This document shows positions 21,108-31,272 of a DNA stretch of 64,000 nt, one piece after another; position 1 is the stretch's first letter, and each line of letters opens with the position of its first letter. The DNA is from Candidatus Bathyarchaeota archaeon (GTDB taxonomy: Archaea > Thermoproteota > Bathyarchaeia > Bathyarchaeales > Bathycorpusculaceae), in the NCBI GenBank assembly GCA_963811105.1, contig CAWEPZ010000009.1, positions 192,001 to 256,000 of the forward strand. The letters are read 5' to 3'. The notes beneath the pieces are model-generated. The model was not told the origin of the DNA. It worked only from the letters and a program-made list of their open reading frames with translations, and made no database searches. The position numbers were made by a program, and so were the translations under genes.

Positions 21108-21645
21108 CACACTGCAAGGATACAGAATTACAACTTCACAGCTGTATAATCCCAAATCTCTAAATGAGTTGCCTCCGTGGAAAGGTTCGGTCATCAAAGA
21201 ACCTGAATCACCCCCCTTTTCCTCTTCAAAACTAGCATTGCATTCAAGCTAACGCTTAAATCTAGCATTAAGCTAAACAACCACTTTGAACAAAAAATAA
21301 TTAACGAACTCTACAACGATAGTCGAATATCTTCTTCAAACAATGGAATAATTGGGCTTCGAACAAGTATTCGGTACAAAGCCATATGTGCTTTCAACAC
21401 TGTTTTACCCTTTTGCTGCAAACTTGCTTAGCTTCGAAAGCTATACAACCCCAACAATCTGCGAAGCAGCCAAAGGACAAAAACAAACGAGTCTTTCATT
21501 CAATGGAGAAAATAAGGTAAAACTTATTACCCTGCTGCAAAAGAGCAAGAGGCAATCTGCATGTTGTAGTATAATATCAGTCACAAGTGTTTTTAAATAA
21601 AACAAATCATAACAAGCAAGTAAGCTATAAGGAGAATAAATAGAA

Positions 21646-22434
21646 ATGCGTAAAAAATCAACTATTTTTATTTCGAGCTTGTTTATTGCAATGCTATTAC
21701 TTTCAACGTCAGCACTTGTATTTTCAAGCGTTCAAGCACAAGGCAACGCCACGGTCACAGTTTCAGATGTAACCGGGGGCACAACAGATAATCCAGGCAC
21801 CAACACTTATGCCGATGGAACCTCTTTTACAATAACCGCCACATCTAATGACGGATATGCCTTTGTAGGTTGGATAGTATCGACTGATTTAAGTTCAACT
21901 AACTACATTGACAATCCATTAATAATTACGTTAACGGGCGGAACGACCTATACAATAGAACCAGACTTCCAGATTTTACTCCCAGCCCCTGGCGGTAATC
22001 TTCCAGCCCCGAATACTAATGCAGCTATCGTCGTAGTCTTAGCAGCAGCAGGAGGAACATCAACACCAGCGCCAGGCACATACGCACTAGCCGACGCAAC
22101 AAATATGAAACTAACGGCAACAGCAAACAGCGGCTGGCAATTCTCGCATTGGACAATTTGCGGTTCAAGCATGAACCATGGCGGCGCTCCCCTAAACTAT
22201 GCTCCATCAGAAAACCCCTACACAGTTGGCCATGGCTACGGATACACATACTATTATCAACCAGTATTCACTCCAGTTGGAAGTCCTCAGTCGTCATCAT
22301 CGGCGTCACCTTCATCTTCACCTGCAGGCATGGGCGGATTATCAACTGAAACATGGATTATCGTCGCTTTAATCATTGTAATCATTGTAATGGTAATTGG
22401 TTTTGCGGCTTATACGCTAAGAAGTAAAAAATAG
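21646..22434 (+). CDS. Surface protein with two divergent InlB-B-type repeats and C-terminal TM
   Basis: Signal peptide, ITATSNDGYAFVGW and LTATANSGWQFSHW, Ser/Pro linker, TM + RSKK; AGGAG SD. Confidence 0.8.
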   Translation: MRKKSTIFISSLFIAMLLLSTSALVFSSVQAQGNATVTVSDVTGGTTDNPGTNTYADGTSFTITATSNDGYAFVGWIVSTDLSSTNYIDNPLIITLTGGTTYTIEPDFQILLPAPGGNLPAPNTNAAIVVVLAAAGGTSTPAPGTYALADATNMKLTATANSGWQFSHWTICGSSMNHGGAPLNYAPSENPYTVGHGYGYTYYYQPVFTPVGSPQSSSSASPSSSPAGMGGLSTETWIIVALIIVIIVMVIGFAAYTLRSKK

Positions 22435-22458
22435 ATTTCCTTTCTTTTTTTCCTTTTA
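22435..22458 (+). terminator. Oligo-T terminator
   Basis: TTTCCTTTCTTTTTTTCCTTTT directly after the stop. Confidence 0.6.
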
Positions 22459-22849
22459 AAGGTCCACTGTTGGAAAAGCAAAATAAGAAAAAATGAACTT
22501 CTGAAGCTATTCTATTCTCTGCTCAAAGATTTAGAAACTAAAGGGAAAATATCGTTTATTAATTGCTAATACTGGCATAGCTGTTAAGGAAAAATTGCTT
22601 GGTCCAGGCTTTATTCGCGAAATCTTTGTATCGGACAACCTTTATGCAGACAATGGAGCAGGAAGTAATCATAATTCCTCCTGATGAGGCATCGGGATAG
22701 CCATTAGTTGAGCTATCATTGGTAAAGTATTACGGCCTGACCGGATAAGCCTTATCAATAATGAAACAAACAAAATCAACTTAAGTAGGGATGCATAAAC
22801 GAGTTTTCCTTGCATCTTAACTTCCTTCATCTTGGCTAAAAACTTGATG

Positions 22850-23330
22850 CCTTTCTCGATTGAAACTGTGTTTTTTACGTAAAATGTAACTCCCAAAGTG
22901 GTAATTACAAAGGTCTTACAAATAGCAATGAGTAAGTTTGATGGAAGATTTTCTTGTGGGTTAGCTTTTATCGTTGCTGGGTTTGAAACCGTGAAAGTGG
23001 TTTAGTCAGCAGCGACGTTTCCTATGCAATCCCACAGGTAAAGCGTCAGGTTGTATGTTCCATAAGATATGTTCCGCATCACTGTGTCTGGGCAACTGTA
23101 AGGTTTAGTTTGCTATCTAGACTCATGCTGCCTGCGAAACGTTCTCATTAGCTTTGAAGCTTAATGGCATTCGTGTTGTTTTGTAGGTGGTGTTTTGTTT
23201 TGAAAGATTAGTTATGGTTGAAGGCGTTGAGTCTATGACTTTACCGCTTACATCTACAGTGACTTATATAGTGTTTACCCAGCCAGCTTCATAATTGTCA
23301 GTAATACCCGTGGGTTTAAAGGGTCCCCAT
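22850..23330 (-). pseudogene. Degraded Ig-like surface protein C-terminus
   Basis: Pieces ITNLSKQNTTYKTTRMPLSFKANE, ISYGTYNLTLYLWDCIGNVAA, TFTVS and a TM, broken by stops and frameshifts. Confidence 0.55.
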
Positions 23331-23490
23331 GTGCGGCACTGCAAAAAGGAAACAATGAATTGAGAAATGGTACGCCGTAATCGACCAATCGTTTCCTTCA
23401 ATATCTAGAGAAAAGGCAATCTATGGAAAAAAGAAACAATTGCTCTAATTGGACTTGAGTTTAAAAACTAATCAATTTTCAGAAAAATAG

Positions 23491-24497
23491 TGCTGTGTTG
23501 AATAACTAAAAGCTATCTTTGAGTTAGGTTTTGAACCATTTCTCTTCACTTAGATTAAAAGCCTAATTCAGGTTCATTTTCATAAACAGGTTGTAAATTG
23601 AAGCCTTTAGCAGCAGTTCCTTAACGATGTGTTGCCACTTCACCGCACAAATAAACTCTCCAAACGTCCGCTTTAAACAAGAAAACGCTGACTCAACCAT
23701 CCAACGATACCCATAACCCTTCTCACGCCTCCATCCATCATTGCCAAGCTGCTTCACCACAGCAAACTTACGCGGCATGCAACCCCCACCCTTAAACGAA
23801 GCGTTCTTGCGCACCCTAATCAAAGGCTCAATATCCAACTCGCTGGCCAAACGGAAGTTAACTTTAGAATCATAAGCGCCATCACCAATCACTTTCACTA
23901 CATTAGCAACGCCACTTGAACCCTTAACCAACCTGCCAAACATGCGTCCATCCCCAACGTCTTCTTTAGTTACCTCAATAGCAAGTATCTGTTTGGTCTT
24001 AGTATCAACGGCAATGTGCACTTTTATGAAGCCGCGTTGCACTCTCCACTTCTTATGAATCCATTCACCGCGATTAGACACTTTAATTCCGCTAGAGTCC
24101 ACAGCGATAGTGACATCTTTGTTTACATCAACGGAAGAGGCTAAATCGATCTTCATCTTGGCGATTCGCCACCAGATAGTTGTGTAGTCTGGCGCTTTTA
24201 GTCCGTTAACGTATTGACTCAAGCCGCGCATGAAGCCTTCCAACTGCCTGTATGGCAAAACGTATGCATGCACTACAGCTAGCAGTTTGATGAATGATTC
24301 TGGGTAGCGGTATCTGCCGCCTTCTTTGCCTTCATTCATGGTTTTGAGTTCTACTAGACCAGCCTGCAACGAAGTCTAAATCAACAAGAATCAAGCCCCG
24401 TTTCACTAACGCTTCATTGTAGCCATTCCAATCTCTCAAATAACTCATAATCAAGCGTTCTGTACACAACTAGTATTTATAGTCATTCAACACAGCA
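23491..24497 (-). mobile_element. IS5-family insertion sequence (IS903/ISH1-like), copy 1
   Basis: TIR TGCTGTGTTGAAT at both ends; 8-bp TSD AAAAATAG (23483-23490 and 24498-24505); 1007 bp. Confidence 0.95.
23563..24448 (-). CDS. IS5-family DDE transposase (1-nt insertion near 24353)
   Basis: WNGYNEALVKRG, VDSSGIK, GDGAYDS, YGYRWMVESAFS; one extra base relative to copy 2. Confidence 0.9.
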
Positions 24498-24558
24498 AAA
24501 AATAGAAAAAACATAAATTCAAAAAGAAAGAAAAATATTGGATTTTTTAGTTCACTGC

Positions 24559-24701
24559 TTATGGATTCTTTCTGAGTATCAAAACTGTGGCGATTGCAAC
24601 TGCGATTATCATTGCTATGCCTGTTCCGATGATGTCAGGGTGTAGTCGGTTGATGCTTGTATTTCTGTTGGAGCTGACGTCGTTGATGATGAGTCTGCCA
24701 T
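24559..24701 (-). pseudogene. Orphan C-terminal membrane anchor of a surface protein
   Basis: SSSTTSAPTEIQASTDYTL/IIGTGIAMIIAVAIATVLILRKNP-stop followed by a T-rich terminator. Confidence 0.55.
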
Positions 24702-24942
24702 ACTTTATGGGGTTTCTGCGTATGATCCCCAATAAGAGGCACCATCATTACGCAACATAAGAATTAACCATGAAATACGAGGTAGGGCTTTAGTCAAACA
24801 ACGCTTAATCGTTACAATGAAATACACAGAAAAGAATAATCAAGAATAACAAGTCAATTTTTTTATTATTAACTCTGGAAAAAACAGTTTTCCCCACACA
24901 TAGTACACTCTATCTCAAATTTCTTCAGATTAAGTCAATGTA

Positions 24943-25107
24943 TACTTTGGCGGATTATCAAAATACATTAGCAAATGGATCAACTCCGACGAAAAAGAAA
25001 TCAATGCTGAAAACGAAGGCTGACAACTATTGAGGGAAGACAAAAAGAATAACCGTTACCTCTACAAAAAACAATTAAGTTCAGCAGCAACAATAGGACA
25101 CGATTAA
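24943..25107 (+). pseudogene. Gene 3'-end remnant A (probable tyrosine integrase tail)
   Basis: YFGGLSKYISKWINSDEKEINAENEG*QLLREDKKNNRYLYKKQLSSA; homologous to 26388-26566. Confidence 0.5.
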
Positions 25108-25170
25108 CAAAACCAAAAAACACATAAATAGCCAAAGAGTCTAAACAGCAACGTCACCAAGACGATATAC

Positions 25171-25247
25171 GCGGTAATAGTACAGCTTGGTTAGTACATA
25201 GGCTTGCCAAGTCTAGGACCCGGGTTCAAATCCCGGTTACCGCACCA
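25171..25247 (+). tRNA. tRNA-Gly(GCC) with encoded CCA
   Basis: Acceptor GCGGTAA/TTACCGC, D stem GTAC/GTAC, anticodon arm TAGGC-TTGCCAA-GTCTA, T arm CCGGG-TTCAAAT-CCCGG, ACCA. Confidence 0.95.
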
Positions 25248-25346
25248 ATCTTCCAGTTCAATTCTTCCATTTAATAGATTATCTATCTATTATCTAAACT
25301 ATGTTTATAATTCGCCATTTTTGTGCTTATAATAGGTGAAAAGTAG

Positions 25347-25513
25347 ATGTCGATAGTCAGAAAGATTAGTCCGACTGGTAACAGTTTAGCATAACGCTCC
25401 CTAAATCATGGTTAACTAATCTCGAAAAAGAAAATGGTCAGAAAATCAGAGTTAGCGATTGAATTTTTTATGTACCGCAAATAGCGCCTGTAATCTCAAG
25501 AAAGTCGGCGTAG
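25347..25513 (+). pseudogene. AbrB/MazE-like DNA-binding protein, frameshifted
   Basis: AGGTGA SD; MSIVRKISPTGNSL/ITLPKSWLTNLEKENG. Confidence 0.65.
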
Positions 25514-25778
25514 AACCTATTACTATTGCGAAGCTATGGGTTCGACTTTGTTGGTGAAAAGACGATTCTTATGGCTTAGGCGATAGCGAATGTGCATTGC
25601 GAAACGGTAGTTTCTTTATTTTTCTAAACAACGCAACTGCCGTTTGGTAGTAAGCGACTTTTCTTGTTGTCTTGCTATCAAGAAGCAAAAGTTTGACTAA
25701 TGCGAAACTGCGTTTTAGCTGCTACGGATTTCGCAACAAACCTTTTAACCGCTTCTGGAAGAACTTGCGTGGTGGTCT

Positions 25779-26309
25779 ATGATGCACGACCCCAAAAACA
25801 TTAAGCCAATGAAATGCCTAATTGATGGCCGATGTAATTGCATAGCGTTCTTTAAAAAACCAGAGTGGGTAGGTTGTAATTGGCTCAAAATCTGTAGGTA
25901 TTGCCCTAAGAAAGGCTATTCTTTGGATGCTGCAAAACAATTAGAGTGTCGCCAGCAATATGAGGAACATAAGAACTTGTATCCCTTCGATTATATGAGA
26001 AATGACATTTCTGTTGAGGATCACATAAGAGGCTTAGGGTTTGAACCAGACTTAGTTCCAGATTTAGTGCGAGAAGAAGAGGCGATTGCAACACTCGTCA
26101 AGAACCTGCATGCAATAATCGGAAGCAAATTGGGAAAAATCGACAACAAACTTCTATTCTTCATCATCGAACTAACCGATTTAATGGTTCGAATGCAGAA
26201 AAACGGATGTAAATTACCCGAAAACGTCATAGACTATTTGCTAAAAATGCCTGAATTTCTGTCAGAAATAGAAAAGTGTAAGAAAGATGGAACTAGACTG
26301 CAAGGCTAG
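25779..26309 (+). CDS. Hypothetical protein with Cys-rich N-terminus
   Basis: 176 aa intact; CLIDGRCNC...CNWLKICRYCP; TATA-like TTTTAA and GGTGG SD upstream. Confidence 0.65.
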   Translation: MMHDPKNIKPMKCLIDGRCNCIAFFKKPEWVGCNWLKICRYCPKKGYSLDAAKQLECRQQYEEHKNLYPFDYMRNDISVEDHIRGLGFEPDLVPDLVREEEAIATLVKNLHAIIGSKLGKIDNKLLFFIIELTDLMVRMQKNGCKLPENVIDYLLKMPEFLSEIEKCKKDGTRLQG

Positions 26310-26387
26310 GTCTCGGTTACCGCATTGTCATAATTCCCAATGTTATTTCAATTCAAATCTCTTTAAGCATCTTAAGACTTCTGGAAA

Positions 26388-26566
26388 TATGTTCAACTCT
26401 CTAAGATCTACTTTAGTAGCTCACCGAAATTCATTAGCAAGTGGCTTCACACTAACAAAAAGGAACTCAAAGCCGTAAACGCTGGTTGGCAACATTGTAA
26501 GAGAAGGAAAAAAATCACCGACATCGCTACAAGAAGCAAGTTAGCTCAGCAACACCAAAATATGAC
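26388..26566 (+). pseudogene. Gene 3'-end remnant B (probable tyrosine integrase tail)
   Basis: YVQLSKIYFSSSPKFISKWLHTNKKELKAVNAGWQ/VREGKK/HRHRYKKQVSSA, preceded by KHLKTS. Confidence 0.5.
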
Positions 26567-26670
26567 CTGGCCAAAAAGCAGATAAATAACAGCTGAGTCT
26601 ATCGCAAAGTCGACTCGACTTAAGGCGAGAATATGTCAAAGGTCGTAGTCCAATAGCAAACTATTGAAAA

Positions 26671-26775
26671 GCGGTAGTCTAGTTTTGGTCTAGGACATCA
26701 AAGTATTTTCCAACCGGCATACTGTTTAAGCCTTCCACGCTGACGACCCGGGTTCAAATCTCGGCGACCGCACCA
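26671..26775 (+). tRNA. tRNA-Gly(TCC) with 29-nt intron at 29/30; 5' acceptor strand lacks 3 nt (pseudo-tRNA or error)
   Basis: Removing 26701-26729 gives TCAGC-CTTCCAC-GCTGA; T arm and CGACCGCACCA end intact; BHB-like junctions; 5' end reads GCGGTAGTCTAG rather than GCGGTCGTAGTCTAG. Confidence 0.8.
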
Positions 26776-26899
26776 TATTCCTGGTTCAAACCCTCAACTT
26801 TTGGTTGTAGGTGACGAAGAAAGTTTCTATGTTCTGATACCTGAATGTGAGGCAGTAATTGCTAAATTATCCAATTTAATTTCCGGTCTTAAGAGTGAT

Positions 26900-27295
26900 G
26901 GTTTTGGGTTGCTGACCTGAAAGAACTCTCACATTTAATATCTTTTCTTTCAACTGAAATTGCCGAATCATTTCACAAAAGGATTAAAATTTTCGGGAGA
27001 TTATTGAGGATTTCAGACCTGATGAATCCTAATAAAACAAGTACAACGCACTTTGAGCGTCAAGTCTGCTATTACCAGGTTTCACTGTCAGCCTCTAAAT
27101 CGATTCGCAGTTTTCTATGGAAGAGAGGCTATGATTTCGACCAATAGAAAAAACATGACTGAAGATACTTCAGCTTTGTGGACAACCGACGCCAACCTCT
27201 TCGGCGTAGTGAGCGGATACTTTGATATGGGTTGGCGTGAATCCGAAAAAGCTAAGCAAATCAACAAGCAACTAATAACAAACTTAGATTCGTAA
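26900..27295 (+). pseudogene. TrmB-family regulator C-terminal fragment
   Basis: RFAVFYGREAMIST...ALWTTDANLFGVVSGYFDMGW; 5' boundary approximate. Confidence 0.55.
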
Positions 27296-27823
27296 ACAAC
27301 AATAGAGCATTGCAGGGCATTGGTAGGTTACGGTCTTTGTATCATTTGACCAATTCGATTTCTTGCAAGGGTCACCAAAATAAACTCGTCGAAAAAAGTG
27401 ATCGTACTTAGTTCTGCTTAGTTAATTAATCGGTTTCGGGATTCAGTTTCATTGATTTGCTAAAAACATGAATTCTAAATTCATAGTAAAATTCATAGCA
27501 CTAATAAGCAAATTAAACCAATTCCTGTGGCAAGCGACGAACCCTGTTAAAACAATTCTGTTTGCCCAACTCCTTTCTCCCCAAACAGGGTTCGTCGCTT
27601 GAGGACAATCACATGGAAAAGTTTTTAAAACTATTTCCGAAATGCAGCAAATAATAGCCTCTAAATTCAGAGCGGTAGGAGAATAGAACGTGAATTGGGA
27701 TCCGCTGTCCAAACAAAAGCAAGCATATTTGAAATTTGAGAGAGAAAGTGCAGATGTTTAAAATTAAAAGTAAGGTATCCCCGAATCTGTGTTCAGGGAT
27801 CGAAATGCATTTCTCAGATTAGA

Positions 27824-28140
27824 TGTATGTTTGCGTAGTTTTGGTACAACTGAAAAATGAATCTAAACTCTATCTACTTTTGCTACAAAAGAACATTTTG
27901 TCGATTTCCAAAATTTCCAAAGAAATGAATGTGCATCCTACCAACATTTATACGGTATATTAGAACTTGATTAAGGGTCTTGTCGAGCATTCATTTGAAA
28001 GACCTGTGCGACTTCGCCCTGTTCAATTGGATCATGCCTTGAATACCCTGATTTCTCATCGTCAAGTCGAGTCATCAACTACTATCAGGAAACTTCAGAA
28101 CATTACGTCATCAACATTCTTGGAGTTGGAACGCTATTAG
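27824..28140 (+). pseudogene. TrmB-family HTH N-terminal fragment
   Basis: ESKLYLLLLQKNILSISKISKEMNVHPTNIY...KGLVE...RPVRLRPV with stop and frameshift. Confidence 0.6.
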
Positions 28141-28536
28141 CTCTGGCGAAAGCGTAAGAAAAGCAAGAACGATAGGCGACTAAGTGATAGACGAAGAGTT
28201 GACGTCAAGCACACTTCGTTTCTAATTCCAAGTTTTTACACACTCTACTTAAGGCTTGAGTTCAAATATTTCTCTTAGGTTTCCAGCTTGCATTTTTTTC
28301 TGGCCACGAAAGCTAAAAAAATAATAACAGTAAAGTTCAAAAAACAAGTGGTGCCTGGAATGGAACCTGAATACTCCCTCCAATGAAGCATTATCAGCAT
28401 ATCTCCTTTTTTCGAAAAATTTGTGTTTATCAAGTATTATCCAGTGATTTTGGGTTAAAATTAACTATGTGTAATTTTGCTTGCATCGTTTTTGAAAGAA
28501 AGATGAGTTCTTAAATTCCCAATGAGCAAAAATTCT

Positions 28537-29015
28537 TTACGTCAAAGTTAGCCGCGAACTTGTATCTATTAACTCGAGGATGATTCCCAGAAGCTGCTTA
28601 GTGTCCATGTAGTAGAAAATATTGTCACCGACCCTGCCATTCATGAGCACATCGACACCCATTTCCTTCAGCGAGGCGAGCGCCACTTTAGGGTCCTTAA
28701 CACTCCACTGGACATGATGAAGACCCTCGCCTCTCTCCTCAAGAAACTCCTTCCAAATGCTGGGGCCATCAAGTGGCTGTATCAGTTCCAGCTGAATGTT
28801 ACCGCTCTGGGCAATTGCGGCCAATATTGAAGCCTCAACAGGTTTCCCACGTAGGCTCACATCCGTGAGGATCGGCGGCTCCATTCTGACAATCTGCCAA
28901 GGACCGATACCCAACGTAGCCCAATAGTCATCCACTGCTTTCTGCAGATCTTGACAACGATTCCGCTATGAATTATCTCGCCTATCTTTATTTTTGGTAC
29001 GACCAAATTACTCAC
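28537..29015 (-). CDS. VOC-family protein (methylmalonyl-CoA epimerase-like), 1-nt deletion near 28950
   Basis: IIHSGIVV(K)/DLQKAVDDYWATLGIGPW, QLELIQP, RGEGLHHV, YMDT...ILEL. Confidence 0.8.
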
Positions 29016-29268
29016 AGTTTTTGTCCTCTAGTTTCAAACTAAACAATTGACTTATTAACCGTTTGTTGTTGCGTGGCAATCACCAAGAACACCCAGTTAC
29101 ATAGCTCAGAAGCGACGTTGTAAAGCTTGAGCGGTGCCCTGGTTAACAGAGTTAGTAACCTCTATATGTGAAAGTTTAGTATATTTCCTGAAAAGGACGA
29201 ATCCTCTTTAAACGTAAACTATTTATTTTTCGCGAATTTAATCAAGAAATAACAAGAGTGCTTTTGTT

Positions 29269-30027
29269 ATGGATATTAAGTTGAAAGATGATTTTATAGT
29301 TGCGTGGAAGCGTTTTTTTGGCGAAGCTGAACTTCCAATCACTTTTTACTACACAAACGAAGAAGGCCACGCAGAACTTGTTAAACCTAGTTCTGGTCAA
29401 AGATGCGTCTTTGCTGATCTTTCCAATGTCAGAAATGGCAAACCAATATGTTTTGATGCTCAGTCAATTGGTTGTTTTGGCGGACGAAAATTCTTAGGTT
29501 TCAGCGAGAAAGTCATACCTAACTTTGAATACTTCCTATCCTGTGGAATTCCAGACAAGCTGGAAGGTGAACGCTACAAAAAAACTCCAGAAATTGCCAC
29601 TGAATTTCTCAAACACGTGCCAAAATTCAAAGCACCGGCAAAGTTCATAGTCTTCAAGAAGTGGGATCAACTGGATGAGTCAGATAAACCAGAAGTCATA
29701 ATTTTCTTTGCCCAACCTGATGTTCTCTCAGGTCTTTTCACGCTAGCTAATTTTGACGAAACAGATCCTAACAGTGTAATAACTCCTTTTGCCCCCGGAT
29801 GCTCATCTATTGTGCAGTACCCTTTATTTGAGAAAGATACGGCCAGACCAAGAGCGGTCACAGGATTATTTGATGTTTCAGCACGCCCATTTGTTCCCGA
29901 GAATACGCTAACTTTTTCGGTACCTATGCACAAGTTCGAGCAAATGGTTCAAAATATGGACCAAAGCTTCTTAATAACAAAGTCATGGAAGGCGGTTCAG
30001 AAAAGGATTCAAGCCACAAAAAAGTAA
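29269..30027 (+). CDS. DUF169-family protein
   Basis: ELPITFYY, IGCFGG, YFLSCGIP..EGERYKKTPE, QPDVLSGLFTLANF, FDVSARP. Confidence 0.85.
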   Translation: MDIKLKDDFIVAWKRFFGEAELPITFYYTNEEGHAELVKPSSGQRCVFADLSNVRNGKPICFDAQSIGCFGGRKFLGFSEKVIPNFEYFLSCGIPDKLEGERYKKTPEIATEFLKHVPKFKAPAKFIVFKKWDQLDESDKPEVIIFFAQPDVLSGLFTLANFDETDPNSVITPFAPGCSSIVQYPLFEKDTARPRAVTGLFDVSARPFVPENTLTFSVPMHKFEQMVQNMDQSFLITKSWKAVQKRIQATKK

Positions 30028-30378
30028 ATTGTCATGCTCAATTTTCTTTTCCAAAATAGTTTAGTGCTGGACCATAACGCCATGCCGCAAACCCGATTAT
30101 AATCAAAAACAAGAATACCCAGATATTACCTGATTAACGAAAGAAGATAAACGGCATTAGGTTTATTTTGGACTCGTTGTATCCCCAATCTAAATTCTAA
30201 AATCTCACGATGCATCATTCAATGATAGGTCTAAATAAAATCTTGTAAATAATTTCGGTTTCTTAATTCGTTGTCCCCTCTAGAAGGGGGCAAACAAACG
30301 AACAAAAAAAATTATTTGCAAGTTCTTACAAAGACATAAGCCCATAGACTGAAGTATCTTAAGATTGAGGAATTTAGA

Positions 30379-30825
30379 ATGAGGACTCAGCAAGTTCAAA
30401 GTAAGCCTACCGCAGCTTGTATTCTTTCATTAACTGGAGGAATATTTGGCATAATTATGTCCTTGATAATAATCGGGTATGCGACATCACATTTAGTTCA
30501 AGAAGGTTCGGTAAGTATCTTTAGGATTTTTTCAATAACTTCAGGCATAGGAATCTGGTTCTTGATATCCGCAATGGTGGTGCTTTTTTCAGCAGTCAAG
30601 CTGAACGCCAACCCAATAGAGCACACGAAGTGGGGCATAATAATACTTGTCTTCCCAACCATTGGCTGGGTCCCACTACTTTTCATAAGCATAGTCTTGG
30701 GGTTTTGGTATAACCCGATAATAATATTCTCAATCGCTTTCCTGAGCACATTTCTTGTTTTTATAGGCGGAATCTCGACATTATTGTATATCCCAAAGTT
30801 CAAACCCACCCTTAAGCCGTCTTAA
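30379..30825 (+). CDS. Hypothetical 4-TM membrane protein
   Basis: GAGGA SD; PTAACILSLTGG...HTKWGIIILV. Confidence 0.7.
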   Translation: MRTQQVQSKPTAACILSLTGGIFGIIMSLIIIGYATSHLVQEGSVSIFRIFSITSGIGIWFLISAMVVLFSAVKLNANPIEHTKWGIIILVFPTIGWVPLLFISIVLGFWYNPIIIFSIAFLSTFLVFIGGISTLLYIPKFKPTLKPS

Positions 30826-31272
30826 TTGTTTAATTCCCTCTTTCTCCGAAAACAACTGAAATAAATTTAGAAGCATAAAATTTGTTTTCACAAATTTAGA
30901 AGATAAACGACTTAATCAAAGAAGAGGACCACCAAAATAACGAAAGTTTATACTCCTCGCTCAAAAACACACCAGCCAACTCCAAAGAAGTTTTAGCAAA
31001 ATAAGATAATAAAAAGACTCCATATGTGGTTAAGGGAAATACCAGTGAGTAGCGTGCAAAAGTCTATGATATCAACATGCTCATCGAAGAATACCGATGG
31101 GCACGACAGCACTTTCTCATCGGTTATTCTCGTTTAATTGATTAATTTTCATTCAGGATTCAAAATAGTCGCAGAGGTACTGTCCTTATTCACATCCAAA
31201 CCAAAAACAACGGCGCTCATAGTATGGCGTGAGCGCTGCCCTTAACACTATCCATATCATCAGTCTGGTTCA

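Noticed and set aside
28349-28375. Reverse-strand tRNA 3'-end remnant (TGGTGCC...TGAA)
   Set aside because: Too degenerate; the T-arm does not pair.
31047-31245. PIN/VapC toxin remnant (VYDINMLIE)
   Set aside because: A single short motif, with stops in the continuation and no supporting acidic residues.
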